Assembly (NCBI GenBank): GCA_036489435.1
Contig: DASXFU010000039.1
Coordinates: 192,331-256,330 of the forward strand
Source of the DNA: Rhizomicrobium sp.
GTDB lineage: Bacteria > Pseudomonadota > Alphaproteobacteria > Micropepsales > Micropepsaceae
Length of the DNA: 64,000 nucleotides
Direction: 5' to 3'
Position 1 is the stretch's first letter, and each line of letters begins with the position of its first letter. The translations under genes and the position numbers were made by a program. A model generated the notes under the pieces. That model made no database searches, was not told the DNA's origin, and worked only from the letters and a program-made list of their open reading frames with translations. Positions 52,209 through 62,812 of the stretch are shown piece by piece.

Positions 52209-52627
52209 TCGTCTACAACCTCCGCTGCAAGAACAGCCACGAATTCGAGGGCTGGTTCCGCGACAGCGCCGCCTTCGACACGCAGGCGGCCGCGAAGAAG
52301 CTCGTCTGCCCGGTGTGCGAAACGCGCAAGGTCGAGAAAGCCATCATGGCGCCGTCGCTTTCCACAACGGTCGGCGAGCGGAAGTCGGCTCCCGCGCCGG
52401 AAGAGCTGCGCAAGATGCGCCAGTTCATGACCGGCCTGCGCAAACACATCGTGGAGAATGCCGAAAACGTCGGCCCAAACTTCGCCGAGGAAGCCCGGAA
52501 GATCCACTACGGGGAAACGGAAGAACGCCAGATCTACGGCGAGGCGTCCGTCAGCGACGCGAAGGAGCTCGTGGAGGAGGGCATCGACGTCGCCCCCCTA
52601 CCGCCGGATTTGTCGGACGCGAATTGA
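52205..52627 (+). CDS. DUF1178-family protein
   Basis: MIVYNLRC...HEFEGWF, CPVC, KAIMAP, FAEEARKIHYGE. Confidence 0.92.
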   Translation: MIVYNLRCKNSHEFEGWFRDSAAFDTQAAAKKLVCPVCETRKVEKAIMAPSLSTTVGERKSAPAPEELRKMRQFMTGLRKHIVENAENVGPNFAEEARKIHYGETEERQIYGEASVSDAKELVEEGIDVAPLPPDLSDAN

Positions 52628-52689
52628 ACGCGTGCCACCCTCGCGCGCTCCCCAACTCACTCCCCTCAAATCAAACCCACTCCCAAAAC

Positions 52690-52783
52690 CGTCATGGCCG
52701 CCCTTGTGGCGGCCATCCATATTCCAGAGTCCATCCGTCGAGACTCTGGAATATGGATGGCCGGGACAAGCCCGGCCATGACG
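52690..52783. repeat. Palindromic REP doublet, subfamily C
   Basis: Inverted arms with internal CATATTCCAGAGTC/GACTCTGGAATATG; homologous to 44224-44316. Confidence 0.92.
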
Positions 52784-52803
52784 TTGGGGGTAGGTGGATG
52801 AGA

Positions 52804-53556
52804 CTAAGTGGCGGCAATGTTGGCGCGCGTCGCCACCACCATGTAGTTCACGTCGGTGTCGGTGGAGAGGCGCCAGTCCCAGTTCAGGGGGTCGAAGGCG
52901 ACGCCTTGGGTTTTCAATATGTTGAGACCGCTTTCTTCAAGCATTGCACGAAGTTTTCGAGGCTCGACGAACTTGTTCCAGTCGTGCGTGCCGCGCGGCA
53001 GCCAGCCCAGCACATACTCCGCGCCGATCTTGGCGAGGGCGAGGGCCTTCAGGGTCTTGTTCAGGGTGGCGACGATCATCAATCCGCCCGGCGCGATCAA
53101 CCCCGTGCAGGCGGTGAGGTAGGCGCGGAGGTCGGCGACGTGTTCCACGACCTCCATGTTGAGGACGATGTCGAAGCTGCGGCCCTCGGCGAGCAGGGTC
53201 TCGGCCTCGTCCGCGCGGTAGTCGACGGCGGTGCCGGTCTGGGCGGCGTGAGCCTTGGCGGTGCCGATGTTCTTTTCGGAGGGGTCGACGCCGGTCACCG
53301 CGAAGCCCAGCCGGGCCATGGGTTCGCTCAGCAACCCGCCGCCGCAGCCAATGTCGAGCAGGGCGAGGCCGTCGAACGGCCGCAAGGAACGACCGTCGCG
53401 GGCGAAGTGGGTGGCCACGGTGTCGCGGATGAACTTCAGCCTCACCGGATTGAATTTGTGCAACGGCGCGAACTTGCCGGCCGGGTCCCACCACTCCGCC
53501 GCCATGGCGGAGAATTTGGCGACTTCGGAGGGATCGACCGAGGATGCGGAAACCAT
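52804..53556 (-). CDS. ubiG: Ubiquinone biosynthesis O-methyltransferase
   Basis: [47 protein letters not shown]. Confidence 0.97.
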   Translation of the reverse strand: MVSASSVDPSEVAKFSAMAAEWWDPAGKFAPLHKFNPVRLKFIRDTVATHFARDGRSLRPFDGLALLDIGCGGGLLSEPMARLGFAVTGVDPSEKNIGTAKAHAAQTGTAVDYRADEAETLLAEGRSFDIVLNMEVVEHVADLRAYLTACTGLIAPGGLMIVATLNKTLKALALAKIGAEYVLGWLPRGTHDWNKFVEPRKLRAMLEESGLNILKTQGVAFDPLNWDWRLSTDTDVNYMVVATRANIAAT

Positions 53557-53630
53557 GGTGAACTGCCGTTGAGCCAGCGCCGCGCTCCGTCTATGTAGAG
53601 CACCGGCAGTAGCATAGCAGGTTCGGACCC

Positions 53631-54854
53631 GTGGCGAAGATTGTGATGAAGTTCGGCGGCACGTCGGTGGCCGATCTCGACCGCATCCGCCATGTGGCGA
53701 GCTTGGTGAAGCGCGAGGTCGATCGCGGCAACCAGGTGGCCGTGACGGTTTCCGCCATGGCGGGCGAGACCAACAAGCTGGTCGGCTGGGCGCGCGAATT
53801 GTCGCCCCTGCACGATGCGCGGGAATATGACGTGGTGGTCGCCTCGGGCGAGCAGGTCTCCGCCGGGCTCCTGGCCATCGCGCTGCAGGCCATCGGCATC
53901 GATGCGCGCTCCTGGATGTGCTGGCAGATCCCGGTGCGCACCTCCTCCATCCACAGCTCGGCCAGGATCGAGGGCATCGAGGCGTCGGTGCTGAACGCGC
54001 GGCTGGCCGAGGGGCAGGTGGCCGTGGTCGCCGGCTTCCAGGGCATCGCGCCGGACAATCGCATCACCACCATCGGCCGCGGCGGCGGCGACACCAGCGC
54101 CGTGGCGGTGGCCGCCGCGCTCAAGGCCGACCGCTGCGACATCTATACCGACGTGGATGGCGTCTACACCACCGATCCGCGCATCGTCCCCAAGGCCCGC
54201 AGGCTCGACCTCATCGCCTTCGAGGAGATGCTGGAGATGGCGTCGCTCGGCGCCAAGGTATTGCAGACGCGTTCGGTCGAGATCGCCATGCTTCATCGCG
54301 TGCCAGTCCGCGTGCTTTCGACATTCGATCCCGAAGCGGGCGGCACGCTTCTTTGCGACGAGGAAGACATCGTGGAAAAGAAACCCGTCACCGGCATCGC
54401 CTATTCGCGCGACGAGGCCAAGATCACGCTCCACCGCATCGACGACCAGCCCGGCATCGCGGCCAAGATCTTCGGGCCGTTGTCGGACGCGGGCGTGAAC
54501 GTGGACATGATCGTCCAGAACGTCTCGCCGGACGGCAAGAAGACCGACCTCACCTTCACCGTCACGCGCGGCGAGCTGGCGCGCGCGCTGGCGGCCATCG
54601 AGGCGGCGCAATCCACCATCGGCTATCGCGACATCACATCCGCGGCGGACGTCGCCAAGATCTCCATCATCGGCATCGGCATGCGCGCCCATCACGGCGT
54701 GGCGCAGACCATGTTCCGCACGCTGGCCGAGAAGGGCATCAACATCCAGGTGATCTCCACCAGCGAGATCAAGGTGAGCGTGCTGATCGCGGAAGAATAT
54801 GTGGAGCTGGCCGTGCGCGCGCTGCACTCGGCTTACGAGTTGGACGCGGCATGA
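53631..54854 (+). CDS. lysC: Aspartate kinase
   Basis: [33 protein letters not shown], two ACT domains. Confidence 0.97.
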   Translation: MAKIVMKFGGTSVADLDRIRHVASLVKREVDRGNQVAVTVSAMAGETNKLVGWARELSPLHDAREYDVVVASGEQVSAGLLAIALQAIGIDARSWMCWQIPVRTSSIHSSARIEGIEASVLNARLAEGQVAVVAGFQGIAPDNRITTIGRGGGDTSAVAVAAALKADRCDIYTDVDGVYTTDPRIVPKARRLDLIAFEEMLEMASLGAKVLQTRSVEIAMLHRVPVRVLSTFDPEAGGTLLCDEEDIVEKKPVTGIAYSRDEAKITLHRIDDQPGIAAKIFGPLSDAGVNVDMIVQNVSPDGKKTDLTFTVTRGELARALAAIEAAQSTIGYRDITSAADVAKISIIGIGMRAHHGVAQTMFRTLAEKGINIQVISTSEIKVSVLIAEEYVELAVRALHSAYELDAA

Positions 54855-54868
54855 GGGAGCGCATCTGA

Positions 54869-57133
54869 ATGGTCACCGGCGCGGGCAGTCCCAGACTTCT
54901 GCTGCGGCGCCTGCGCGAGATCATGGCGGAGCAGGTGAGCGCGCAAATGCGCCTCGACCGCCTCGTCAATGTGATCGCGGCCAACATGGTCGCCGAAGTC
55001 TGCTCCATCTATCTGCGCCGCGCCGGCAATGCGTTCGAGCTCTTCGCCACCGAGGGTCTCAACCCCGCAGCCGTGCATCGCACGCGGCTGCGCGAGGGCG
55101 AGGGCCTGGTGGGCCTCGTGGCCGAGACGGCCGAGCCAGTAAATCTCAGCGACGCGCCGGGCCACCCACGTTTCGCCTACCGGCCGGAGACGGGCGAGGA
55201 TCCATATCGTTCGTTCCTGGGTGTTCCCGTCGTACGCGGCGGGCAGGTCTATGGCGTGCTGACGGTGCAGAACCGCGCGCCGCGGCAGTACGAGGAAGAA
55301 GAGGTCGAGGCGCTGCAAACCGTCGCCATGGTGCTGGCGGAGGTGGTGGCGCATGGCGCGCTGTTCGACATCGCGGAATTGGACGAGCCGGAGCTGCGCG
55401 CCGACCGGCCGCGGGCTTTCCACGGTGACGGGCTGGCGGACGGCGTGGCCATCGGGCGCGTCGTGCTGCATGAGCCGCGCGTCAAGGTGGAGCGGCTGAT
55501 CGCGGACGATTCCGCCGTCGAGCTGAAACGGCTGGACGAAGCCCTGGGCGACATGCGCGAGGCGGTGGACAAGATGCTCGATTCCTCCGAGCTCGACCTC
55601 ACCGGCGAAAGCCGCGACGTCATCGAGGCCTACAAGCTCTTCGCGCAAGACCAGGGCTGGCGGCAGAAGCTGCGCGACGCGGTGCGCACCGGCCTTACCG
55701 CCGAAGCCGCCGTGGAACGCGTACAGGACGAACTCCGCGCCCGCATCATCCGCACCGGCGACGCCTTCCTGCGCGAGCGGCTGCACGATTTCGAGGACCT
55801 CGCGCGGCGCATGCAGCGCCACCTGAGCGGCGAGGGCAAACTCAATTCGCGCGACCTTCCCTATGACACCGTGCTGGTGGCGCGCACCATGGGCCCGGCG
55901 GAGCTGCTCGATTACGGCCGCGACCGCGTGAAGGCGCTGGTGCTGGAGGAAGCCGCGGCCACTTCGCATGTGGCCATCGTGGCGCGCGCCATGGGGCTGC
56001 CGCTGATCAGCGATGTCGAAGGCATTGTGGACACGGCGCGCGGCGGTGACGACATCGCGGTGGATGGCGAGACGGGCGAGGCGCATCTGCGCCCCCCTGC
56101 CGAAATCCTCTCGGTGTTCGAGGCGCGGCGCTCCTTGCGCGAGCAGCGCGTGGCGCGGATGGCGCTGGTGCGCGATCTGCCGGCGGTGACGAAAGACGGC
56201 GTACGCATCGATCTGATGATGAATGCTGGCCTGTTGATCGACATGCCGCATCTGACCGAGTCCGGTGCGGATGGCGTTGGGCTCTTCCGCACCGAACTGC
56301 AGTTCATGATCGGCGAGACCATGCCGCGGCTGCCGGACCAGATCGCGTTCTACAGGCAGATCATCGAAGCGGCGGACAACAAGCCCGTCGTGTTCCGCAC
56401 ACTCGATCTGGGCGGCGACAAGGTGTTGCCCTATGGCGAGTGGCAGCGGGAAGAGAATCCGGCGCTGGGCTGGCGCGCCATCCGCATCGCGCTCGATCGC
56501 CCCGCGCTGCTGCGCTACCAGGTGCGCGCGCTGCTGACGGCGTCCGTTGGACGCACGCTACGCATCCTGTTGCCCATGATCAGCAACGTGGCGGAGTTCA
56601 ACAGCGCGCGCGCTTCCGTCGATCGCGAGCTCGAACGGGCGCGGCAACTCGCGCTGCCTTTGCCGACACAGACGCTGGTCGGCGCGATGCTGGAAGTGCC
56701 GGCGCTGATGTTCATGCTGCCGCAGATCCTGCGCAGCGCGGACTTTGTCTCCATCGGCTCCAACGATCTGCTGCAATTCATGTTCGCGACGGACCGCACC
56801 AATCCACGCGTCTCCAAGCGCTATGACGCGCTGAGCCCCGCGTCGCTCACCATCATGCGCCAGATCGTGAAGAGCGCGCTGGATGCGAACGGCGAAGTCT
56901 CACTTTGTGGTGAGATGGCGGGGCGCCCGCTGGAGGCCATGGCGCTGATCGGCGTGGGTTTGCGCACGCTTTCCATGGCGCCGGCCAATATCGGCCCGGT
57001 GAAGATGATGATCCGCAGCCTCGACACCCGCGAAGTCACGCCTTTCGTGGAAGGACTCTGCGCGCGCACCGACCATTCGTTGCGCACGCGGTTGGCCGCG
57101 TTCGCCGCGGAACGCGGTATTGTCTTGAAATGA
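54869..57133 (+). CDS. ptsP: PEP-protein phosphotransferase EI-Ntr (GAF plus EI)
   Basis: N-terminal GAF domain; TSHVAI; GLFRTELQFM; IGSNDL; CGEMAG. Confidence 0.96.
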   Translation: MVTGAGSPRLLLRRLREIMAEQVSAQMRLDRLVNVIAANMVAEVCSIYLRRAGNAFELFATEGLNPAAVHRTRLREGEGLVGLVAETAEPVNLSDAPGHPRFAYRPETGEDPYRSFLGVPVVRGGQVYGVLTVQNRAPRQYEEEEVEALQTVAMVLAEVVAHGALFDIAELDEPELRADRPRAFHGDGLADGVAIGRVVLHEPRVKVERLIADDSAVELKRLDEALGDMREAVDKMLDSSELDLTGESRDVIEAYKLFAQDQGWRQKLRDAVRTGLTAEAAVERVQDELRARIIRTGDAFLRERLHDFEDLARRMQRHLSGEGKLNSRDLPYDTVLVARTMGPAELLDYGRDRVKALVLEEAAATSHVAIVARAMGLPLISDVEGIVDTARGGDDIAVDGETGEAHLRPPAEILSVFEARRSLREQRVARMALVRDLPAVTKDGVRIDLMMNAGLLIDMPHLTESGADGVGLFRTELQFMIGETMPRLPDQIAFYRQIIEAADNKPVVFRTLDLGGDKVLPYGEWQREENPALGWRAIRIALDRPALLRYQVRALLTASVGRTLRILLPMISNVAEFNSARASVDRELERARQLALPLPTQTLVGAMLEVPALMFMLPQILRSADFVSIGSNDLLQFMFATDRTNPRVSKRYDALSPASLTIMRQIVKSALDANGEVSLCGEMAGRPLEAMALIGVGLRTLSMAPANIGPVKMMIRSLDTREVTPFVEGLCARTDHSLRTRLAAFAAERGIVLK

Positions 57134-57224
57134 GAGCCCTAATTCCGTTCGCGGATATGTTACTTGCTAGCAATAGGGCTCGCGCCTAGCGTCCTTTCAA
57201 GCAAAGCCTGAAAGGGGACTAAAA

Positions 57225-57491
57225 ATGTCAAAGATGATCACTAGCGCTCTCGCAGCCACTGCTCTTCTCGCTTCCACCGCATTCGCGTTCGCGGACGATC
57301 AGATGATGACCGCGCAGCCCGTCTCCGCGGTGTCTTCGGCGCGCGTCGTGTGCCACCACGATGGCGAGATCATCCAGAGCCAGAACGGCCCGGTGCTCTG
57401 CCACCTGAAGCGTCCGGTCAGCGGCGTGCAGTTCAAATCATCCGACTGGTATCGTTCCGTCGGCGTGCGCGCCGCCGCGACCAACAACTGA
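57225..57491 (+). CDS. Small secreted two-Cys protein (paralog 1)
   Basis: AGGGGA RBS; signal peptide ending AFA; VVCHHDGEIIQSQNGPVLCH. Confidence 0.8.
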   Translation: MSKMITSALAATALLASTAFAFADDQMMTAQPVSAVSSARVVCHHDGEIIQSQNGPVLCHLKRPVSGVQFKSSDWYRSVGVRAAATNN

Positions 57492-57540
57492 GTTCGCTCG
57501 CAAGCGGACTCGCTCTGGGCTGAGATTTAGGGAGAGTGAG

Positions 57541-57810
57541 ATGATGAAATTCGTGGTCGCGGCTTCGGCCGTTCTGTTGTGGAGCTCCGCCGGTTTTGCG
57601 GACGACACATCCATGCCGGCCCAGGCCGCGGCCCCGGCTGCTGCCTCTGCAACCTCGGCGCAGGTCGTTTGCCATCACGACGGCGAAGTGATTCAATCGG
57701 CGACCGGCCCGGTCCTTTGCCACATGAAAAAGCCGCAGGCCGGCGTGCACAACATGTCGCGGGAGTGGTTCCGCGACCAGCAACTGCGCAGTGCCCAGAT
57801 GAACCACTAA
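57541..57810 (+). CDS. Small secreted two-Cys protein (paralog 2)
   Basis: GGGAG RBS; signal peptide ending GFA; VVCHHDGEVIQSATGPVLCH. Confidence 0.8.
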   Translation: MMKFVVAASAVLLWSSAGFADDTSMPAQAAAPAAASATSAQVVCHHDGEVIQSATGPVLCHMKKPQAGVHNMSREWFRDQQLRSAQMNH

Positions 57811-57874
57811 GGCGGATTTCCGCCAGAATCTGCTCGAAAAACCCGGGACAATAGGATCGGCGAACGACTTTTCA

Positions 57875-57890
57875 GTGAACACTCGGTTAA
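57875..57890 (-). promoter_or_regulatory. CtrA-like box TTAA-N7-TTCAC
   Basis: One mismatch to consensus; upstream of the third small secreted protein. Confidence 0.35.
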
Positions 57891-57953
57891 GACTTGCCAA
57901 GATTGTGCAAACGCAGCAATATTAGTTTTCGCCGTGATCGAAGGGAGTATCAA

Positions 57954-58250
57954 ATGAAAAAGTACCTCGCAGCCGCCGTTCTGTGCGCTGTCGTCGCCGG
58001 TCCCACCTTGGCCTTCGCCGATACGCCCAATGGCACGACCGGAACCTCGGCTACGACGACGCCGGTGGACCCGAACGAAGTCATCTGCAAGCGCGGTGAA
58101 GTGACCACCGGTTCGCGCTTCCCTGGCCCGCCGATCTGCCACACCCGCCTCGAGTGGGAGCAGGAACAGCGTAATGCGCAGGAGAGTCTGGGCAATATGG
58201 AGAACCGGCTCAGCCAGGACCGCACCACCAAGATTACGGGCGGCCACTAA
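57954..58250 (+). CDS. Small secreted two-Cys protein (C-x-TGSR-x-C type)
   Basis: AGGGAG RBS; signal peptide ending AFA; DPNEVICKRGEVTTGSRFPGPPICHTRLEW. Confidence 0.8.
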   Translation: MKKYLAAAVLCAVVAGPTLAFADTPNGTTGTSATTTPVDPNEVICKRGEVTTGSRFPGPPICHTRLEWEQEQRNAQESLGNMENRLSQDRTTKITGGH

Positions 58251-58359
58251 AGGCGCTCTCCCGGCGCGCCTCGTGCGGCCGGAAGTCGCGTGAATTCTTC
58301 GTGCATATCGTCGATCCGGCTGGTTTGCGCCAGCCGGACGCGGTATTGCAGAGGCCGCG

Positions 58360-59352
58360 ATGACAAAAGTAACACATCTGACGCTTGAAGAAGGCGGCGG
58401 GCTTAACCGCCGCCGCATTCATCTGCGCGAAATCTCCGGCGACGCCGACAGCCCGCTCGAAACGGTGGGCCAGGACCTGCGCGCCGCCCGCCAGCGCCGG
58501 GGCGACGATCTCGCCTCGGTCTCCCGTGTCCTCAAGATTCGCAAGGACCATCTGGAGGCGCTGGAGGAAGACCGGTTCGAGGCGCTGCCCGGTCGCACCT
58601 ATGCCGTGGGCTTCGTCCGCGCCTATGCCGACTACCTGGGCCTCGATCCCGTCCAATGCACAGAGCGCTTCAAGCGCGAGATCGCGGGACGCGGCGTCGA
58701 GAACCTGCCGCCCGGCACCATCTCCGGCGAGATCGAGGAGCAGCGCAGGCTGCCCCAGGGCTGGGTGGTGATCGCGGTCGTCGTGCTGGGCATCATCATC
58801 TATGGCGCCTACAAGCTCGCCATGACGGCGGACACTCTGCTGCGCCCGACGGTCGCCTCCGTTCCGGCCACGACGGTTCACGCGCTCGCGCCGAAACCCG
58901 CGCCGCCGGTGCAGACGGTCATCGCGACTCCGCCGCCGCAGCAATCCATGACGCCAGCGCCGCAAACCACCGCCGACGCGAATGGCAACGTGACGACGAC
59001 GGCTCCCGCCGCGCCGCCGACTCTCGCTGAGTCCATCGCCGCACTTCCCGCCGGCAACGCGTACGGCACGCTCAACAAGGATGCCCGCGTCGTGCTGCAC
59101 GTGCGCGAGGCGACCCGCATCCTGATCGAAGCCAGCGACGGCACGGTCTATATCAACCGCATCCTGCGCCCCGGCGACTCCTATCGCGTGCCGGATCGCG
59201 TCGGCGTCACGCTGTCCACGCCCAATGGCGGCGCGGTGGCGCTGGAGCTGGATGGTCAGTTGATGGGCCTCGCCGGAAAACCCGCGCAGATGACGGAAGG
59301 CCTGTCGCTCGATCCGCAGGCCGTTTCCGACCGCGCAGGTCACGGCGGTTGA
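58360..59352 (+). CDS. rodZ: RodZ-like protein (HTH, TM, DUF4115)
   Basis: [31 protein letters not shown], one TM, C-terminal LRPGDSY; upstream of ispG. Confidence 0.9.
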   Translation: MTKVTHLTLEEGGGLNRRRIHLREISGDADSPLETVGQDLRAARQRRGDDLASVSRVLKIRKDHLEALEEDRFEALPGRTYAVGFVRAYADYLGLDPVQCTERFKREIAGRGVENLPPGTISGEIEEQRRLPQGWVVIAVVVLGIIIYGAYKLAMTADTLLRPTVASVPATTVHALAPKPAPPVQTVIATPPPQQSMTPAPQTTADANGNVTTTAPAAPPTLAESIAALPAGNAYGTLNKDARVVLHVREATRILIEASDGTVYINRILRPGDSYRVPDRVGVTLSTPNGGAVALELDGQLMGLAGKPAQMTEGLSLDPQAVSDRAGHGG

Positions 59353-59365
59353 GAGAGGCGCGGGC

Positions 59366-60496
59366 ATGAGCCTCAGGGCCTATCGCGACATCCACCGCCG
59401 CCGCTCGCGGAAAATCCACGTGGGCAAGGTCGAGGTCGGCGGCGACGCGCCGATCACCGTGCAGAGCATGACCAACACGGTCACCGCCGACGTGCGCGGC
59501 ACCATTGACCAGATCCGCGCCATGGAAGAAGCCGGCGTCGATATCGCCCGCGTTTCCTGCCCGGATGAGGACGCGACGAAAGCGCTGAAGCACATCGTCA
59601 AGGCTTCGAATGTGCCGATCGTGGCGGACATCCATTTCCACTACAAACGCGCCATCGAAGCGGCGCAAGCGGGCGCGGCCTGCCTGCGCATCAATCCCGG
59701 CAATATCGGCAACGCCAATCGCGTCAAGGAAGTGGTGCAGGCCGCCAAGGACCACGGCGTCTCCATGCGCATCGGCGTCAACGCCGGATCGCTGGAGAAG
59801 GAATTGCTCGAGCGTTACGGCGAGCCATGCCCAGAGGCGATGGTGGAAAGCGCGCTCAACCACGCGAAGATTTTGGAAGACAACGACTTCACCGAATTCA
59901 AGATCAGCGTGAAGGCGTCGGACGTGTTCCTCGCCGTCGCCGCCTATCAGGGCCTGGCGGAAGCCTGCGACTACCCGCTGCATCTGGGCATCACCGAAGC
60001 CGGCGGCTTGATGAGCGGCACGGTCAAGTCCTCCATCGGCATGGGCATGCTCTTGTGGAGCGGCATCGGCGACACCATCCGCGTCTCGCTCTCCGCAGAC
60101 CCTGTTGAGGAAGTGCGCGCCGGTTTCGACATCCTGAAGTCGCTCAACCTGCGCCATCGCGGCGTGAACATCGTCTCGTGCCCGTCTTGCGCGCGGCAGG
60201 GCTTCAATGTGATCGAGACCGTGAAGGTGCTGGAGGACCGCCTCAAGCACATCGCGACGCCGATGACGCTCTCCATCATCGGCTGCGTCGTGAACGGCCC
60301 GGGCGAAGCGCGCGAGACCGATCTCGGCTTCACCGGCGGCGGCGCGGGCGCGGGCGCCGGCATGATCTACCTGAACGGCAAGCCGGCTTATAAGCTCGAC
60401 AATCTCAAACTGGTCGACCACGTCGTCGAGCTCTGCGAGAAAAAAGCGGCCGAACTCGAAGCCGCCCACGAACACACCCTCGAAGCGGCGCAGTAG
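59366..60496 (+). CDS. ispG: HMBPP synthase
   Basis: [47 protein letters not shown]. Confidence 0.98.
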   Translation: MSLRAYRDIHRRRSRKIHVGKVEVGGDAPITVQSMTNTVTADVRGTIDQIRAMEEAGVDIARVSCPDEDATKALKHIVKASNVPIVADIHFHYKRAIEAAQAGAACLRINPGNIGNANRVKEVVQAAKDHGVSMRIGVNAGSLEKELLERYGEPCPEAMVESALNHAKILEDNDFTEFKISVKASDVFLAVAAYQGLAEACDYPLHLGITEAGGLMSGTVKSSIGMGMLLWSGIGDTIRVSLSADPVEEVRAGFDILKSLNLRHRGVNIVSCPSCARQGFNVIETVKVLEDRLKHIATPMTLSIIGCVVNGPGEARETDLGFTGGGAGAGAGMIYLNGKPAYKLDNLKLVDHVVELCEKKAAELEAAHEHTLEAAQ

Positions 60497-60510
60497 CGAT
60501 GCTGCATTCC

Positions 60511-60722
60511 GTGTCATGGCCCGCGACTGCGGGCCACCCAGGTGACGCCTGCGCGACTTTCCCAATTAATGCGTCATGGCCCGCTTTATGCGGGCCATCC
60601 ATTTTCCTTTTTTCTGTGAAGGCGAAATTGGATGGCCCGGACAAGCCGGGCCATGACGCGGTTTTGGTTGGAGAGATAGTAGCGAGCCCAACTGGGTGGC
60701 CCGCAGTCGCGGGCCATGACAC
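60511..60722. repeat. Nested REP composite: subfamily A outer arms enclosing a subfamily D element (60571-60659)
   Basis: Outer GTGTCATGGCCCGCGACTGCGGGCCACCCAG inverted pair; inner GCGTCATGGCCCG...CGGGCCATGACGC. Confidence 0.92.
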
Positions 60723-60734
60723 TGTGGGGGAATC

Positions 60735-61814
60735 ATGATCCCCACGGCCAAACTCATGCGTCTTGTCGATCGCTTCCAGCAGGTGGAGGCGGAGATGTCG
60801 TCCGGCGCGGGCGGGCAGGGTTTTGTGAAGCTCTCCAAGGAGCATGCGGAACTCGCACCCGTCGTCGGCGCCATCGAGGCCTATCGCGCGACGGCGAAAG
60901 AGATGGAAGAGACCGAAGCGCTGATCGCCGATCCTTCCGTCGATTCCGAGATGCGCGGCATGGCTGAGCAGGAGCGTGCCGACCTGCGCGAACGCTTTGC
61001 CAAACTCGAACATGATCTGCAAATCCAGCTTCTGCCGAAGGATGCGGCGGACTCCTCCTCCGCCATCGTGGAAATCCGCGCGGGCACGGGTGGTGACGAG
61101 GCGGCGTTGTTCGCGGCGGACCTGCTCGGCATGTATCAGCGTTACGCCCAGCTCCAGGGCTGGAAGACGGAGCTGATGGATATGAGCGAGAGCGACCTGG
61201 GTGGCGTGAAGGATGCGACGCTGGAAGTGGTGGGCCAGGGCGCCTTCGCCAAATTGAAATTCGAGAGCGGCGTGCATCGCGTGCAGCGCGTGCCGGTGAC
61301 GGAGGCGAGCGGGCGCATCCACACCTCCGCCGCGACGGTGGCCGTGCTGCCGGAGGCCGAAGACGTCGACATCGTGATCGACGACAAGGACCTGCGCATC
61401 GACGTCTATCGCGCGCAAGGTGCCGGCGGCCAGCATGTCAACAAGACGGAAAGCGCGGTGCGCATCACGCATCTGCCCACCGGCATCGCGGTGGCGCAGC
61501 AGACGGAGAAATCGCAGCACAAGAACAAGGCGCATGCGATGAAGCTGCTGAAGGCCAAGCTCTACGACATGGAGCGCGAGCGCATCGACAGCGCGCGGGC
61601 GGGCGAGCGCAAGAGCATGGTGGGCTCCGGCGACCGCAGCGAGCGCATCCGCACCTACAATTTTCCGCAGGGGCGCGTCACCGACCACCGCATCAACCTC
61701 ACGCTCTACAAGCTCGACCGCATCATCACGGGTGACGACCTGGGCGAGATCGTCGACGCGCTGGTGGCGGAAGACCAGGCCGGCAAGCTGGCCGCGCTGG
61801 AGCAGGAAGGATGA
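60735..61814 (+). CDS. prfA: Peptide chain release factor 1
   Basis: RVQRVPVTE (PxT), [25 protein letters not shown]. Confidence 0.98.
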   Translation: MIPTAKLMRLVDRFQQVEAEMSSGAGGQGFVKLSKEHAELAPVVGAIEAYRATAKEMEETEALIADPSVDSEMRGMAEQERADLRERFAKLEHDLQIQLLPKDAADSSSAIVEIRAGTGGDEAALFAADLLGMYQRYAQLQGWKTELMDMSESDLGGVKDATLEVVGQGAFAKLKFESGVHRVQRVPVTEASGRIHTSAATVAVLPEAEDVDIVIDDKDLRIDVYRAQGAGGQHVNKTESAVRITHLPTGIAVAQQTEKSQHKNKAHAMKLLKAKLYDMERERIDSARAGERKSMVGSGDRSERIRTYNFPQGRVTDHRINLTLYKLDRIITGDDLGEIVDALVAEDQAGKLAALEQEG

Positions 61815-62599
61815 CAAGCCCGGCGGATCGCCTTGCCGCCGCCGGCATCGACTCCGCCCGCCTCGATGCGCGCGTGCTGCGTGAGCACGCCAACGGCGAC
61901 GAAGCGCTGTTCGAGCAATTCCTCACGCGCCGCATCCGCCGCGAGCCCGTTGCCTACATCACCGGCAAGAAGGGCTTCTGGACTCTCGATCTCGATGTCG
62001 GCCCCGGTGTGTTGGTGCCGCGGCCCGAGACCGAGACCCTGATCGAAGAGGCGCTGCGCGAATTCCCGGACAGGCAGGCGCCGCTGCGTGCGGTGGATTT
62101 CGGCGTCGGCTCCGGCGCGATCCTGCTGAGCTTCCTGTCGGAATATCCGGGCGCCGTGGGGCTCGGCATCGACCGCTCGCGCAAGGCGCTGGACTGGGCG
62201 GAGCGCAATGCGCGCAACCTGGGCTTCTGCCGCCGCTGGGAGCTGGTCGACGCCGACTGGTCGGCCGCCCCGCCCGGCGAATTCGATGTGATCTTCTCCA
62301 ATCCCCCCTATGTGACGTCCACGGAGCTTTCCGCCGCCGCGCCGGAACTCGGCTACGAGCCGGAGGGTGCGCTGGATGGCGGAGCGGACGGGCTCGCCGC
62401 CTATCGCGTGCTGGCGCCGATTGTCGCGTCGCGACTTAACAAAAGAGGCGTGGGCTTTCTCGAGATCGGGCAGGGGCAAGGCGAGGCTGTCCGCGCCATC
62501 CTGGCCGCAGCGGGGCTTGAAACAGTACGCATCGTTACCGATCTTTCCGGCATACCCCGCTGCGTGGTGACGCGGCTTGCAAAAAAGCCTTGGAAATAG
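61811..62599 (+). CDS. prmC: Release factor glutamine methyltransferase
   Basis: [40 protein letters not shown]. Confidence 0.96.
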   Translation: MTSPADRLAAAGIDSARLDARVLREHANGDEALFEQFLTRRIRREPVAYITGKKGFWTLDLDVGPGVLVPRPETETLIEEALREFPDRQAPLRAVDFGVGSGAILLSFLSEYPGAVGLGIDRSRKALDWAERNARNLGFCRRWELVDADWSAAPPGEFDVIFSNPPYVTSTELSAAAPELGYEPEGALDGGADGLAAYRVLAPIVASRLNKRGVGFLEIGQGQGEAVRAILAAAGLETVRIVTDLSGIPRCVVTRLAKKPWK

Positions 62600-62632
62600 T
62601 CAGGCCAACCTGTAGTTTCCTCGCGGGGATTA

Positions 62633-62717
62633 GGGAACCCCACCTGAGTCGCTGGACTTTTTACCGGCGGACTTGGGCAGGCTGCGGGGGCAGCCGAGGC
62701 GCCCGGCGCCGGTTCCC
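62633..62717 (+). ncRNA. Candidate structured 5' leader (four-way junction) of the DUF4167 gene
   Basis: GGGAACC/GGTTCCC closing stem enclosing three hairpins, paired by eye. Confidence 0.4.
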
Positions 62718-62812
62718 AGGAAAGCAAGCGAAAGACGGCATAACGGGAGAGACACCGGATCGCACATGGCCTTGGGCCTTGCGACCAGTCCTCCGGCAGC
62801 AAAGGGGTTACA

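Noticed and set aside
60499-60874. Short ORFs with [10 protein letters not shown] or VMAGTSPAMT peptides recurring at several loci
   Set aside because: These are translations of the palindromic repeats, not genes
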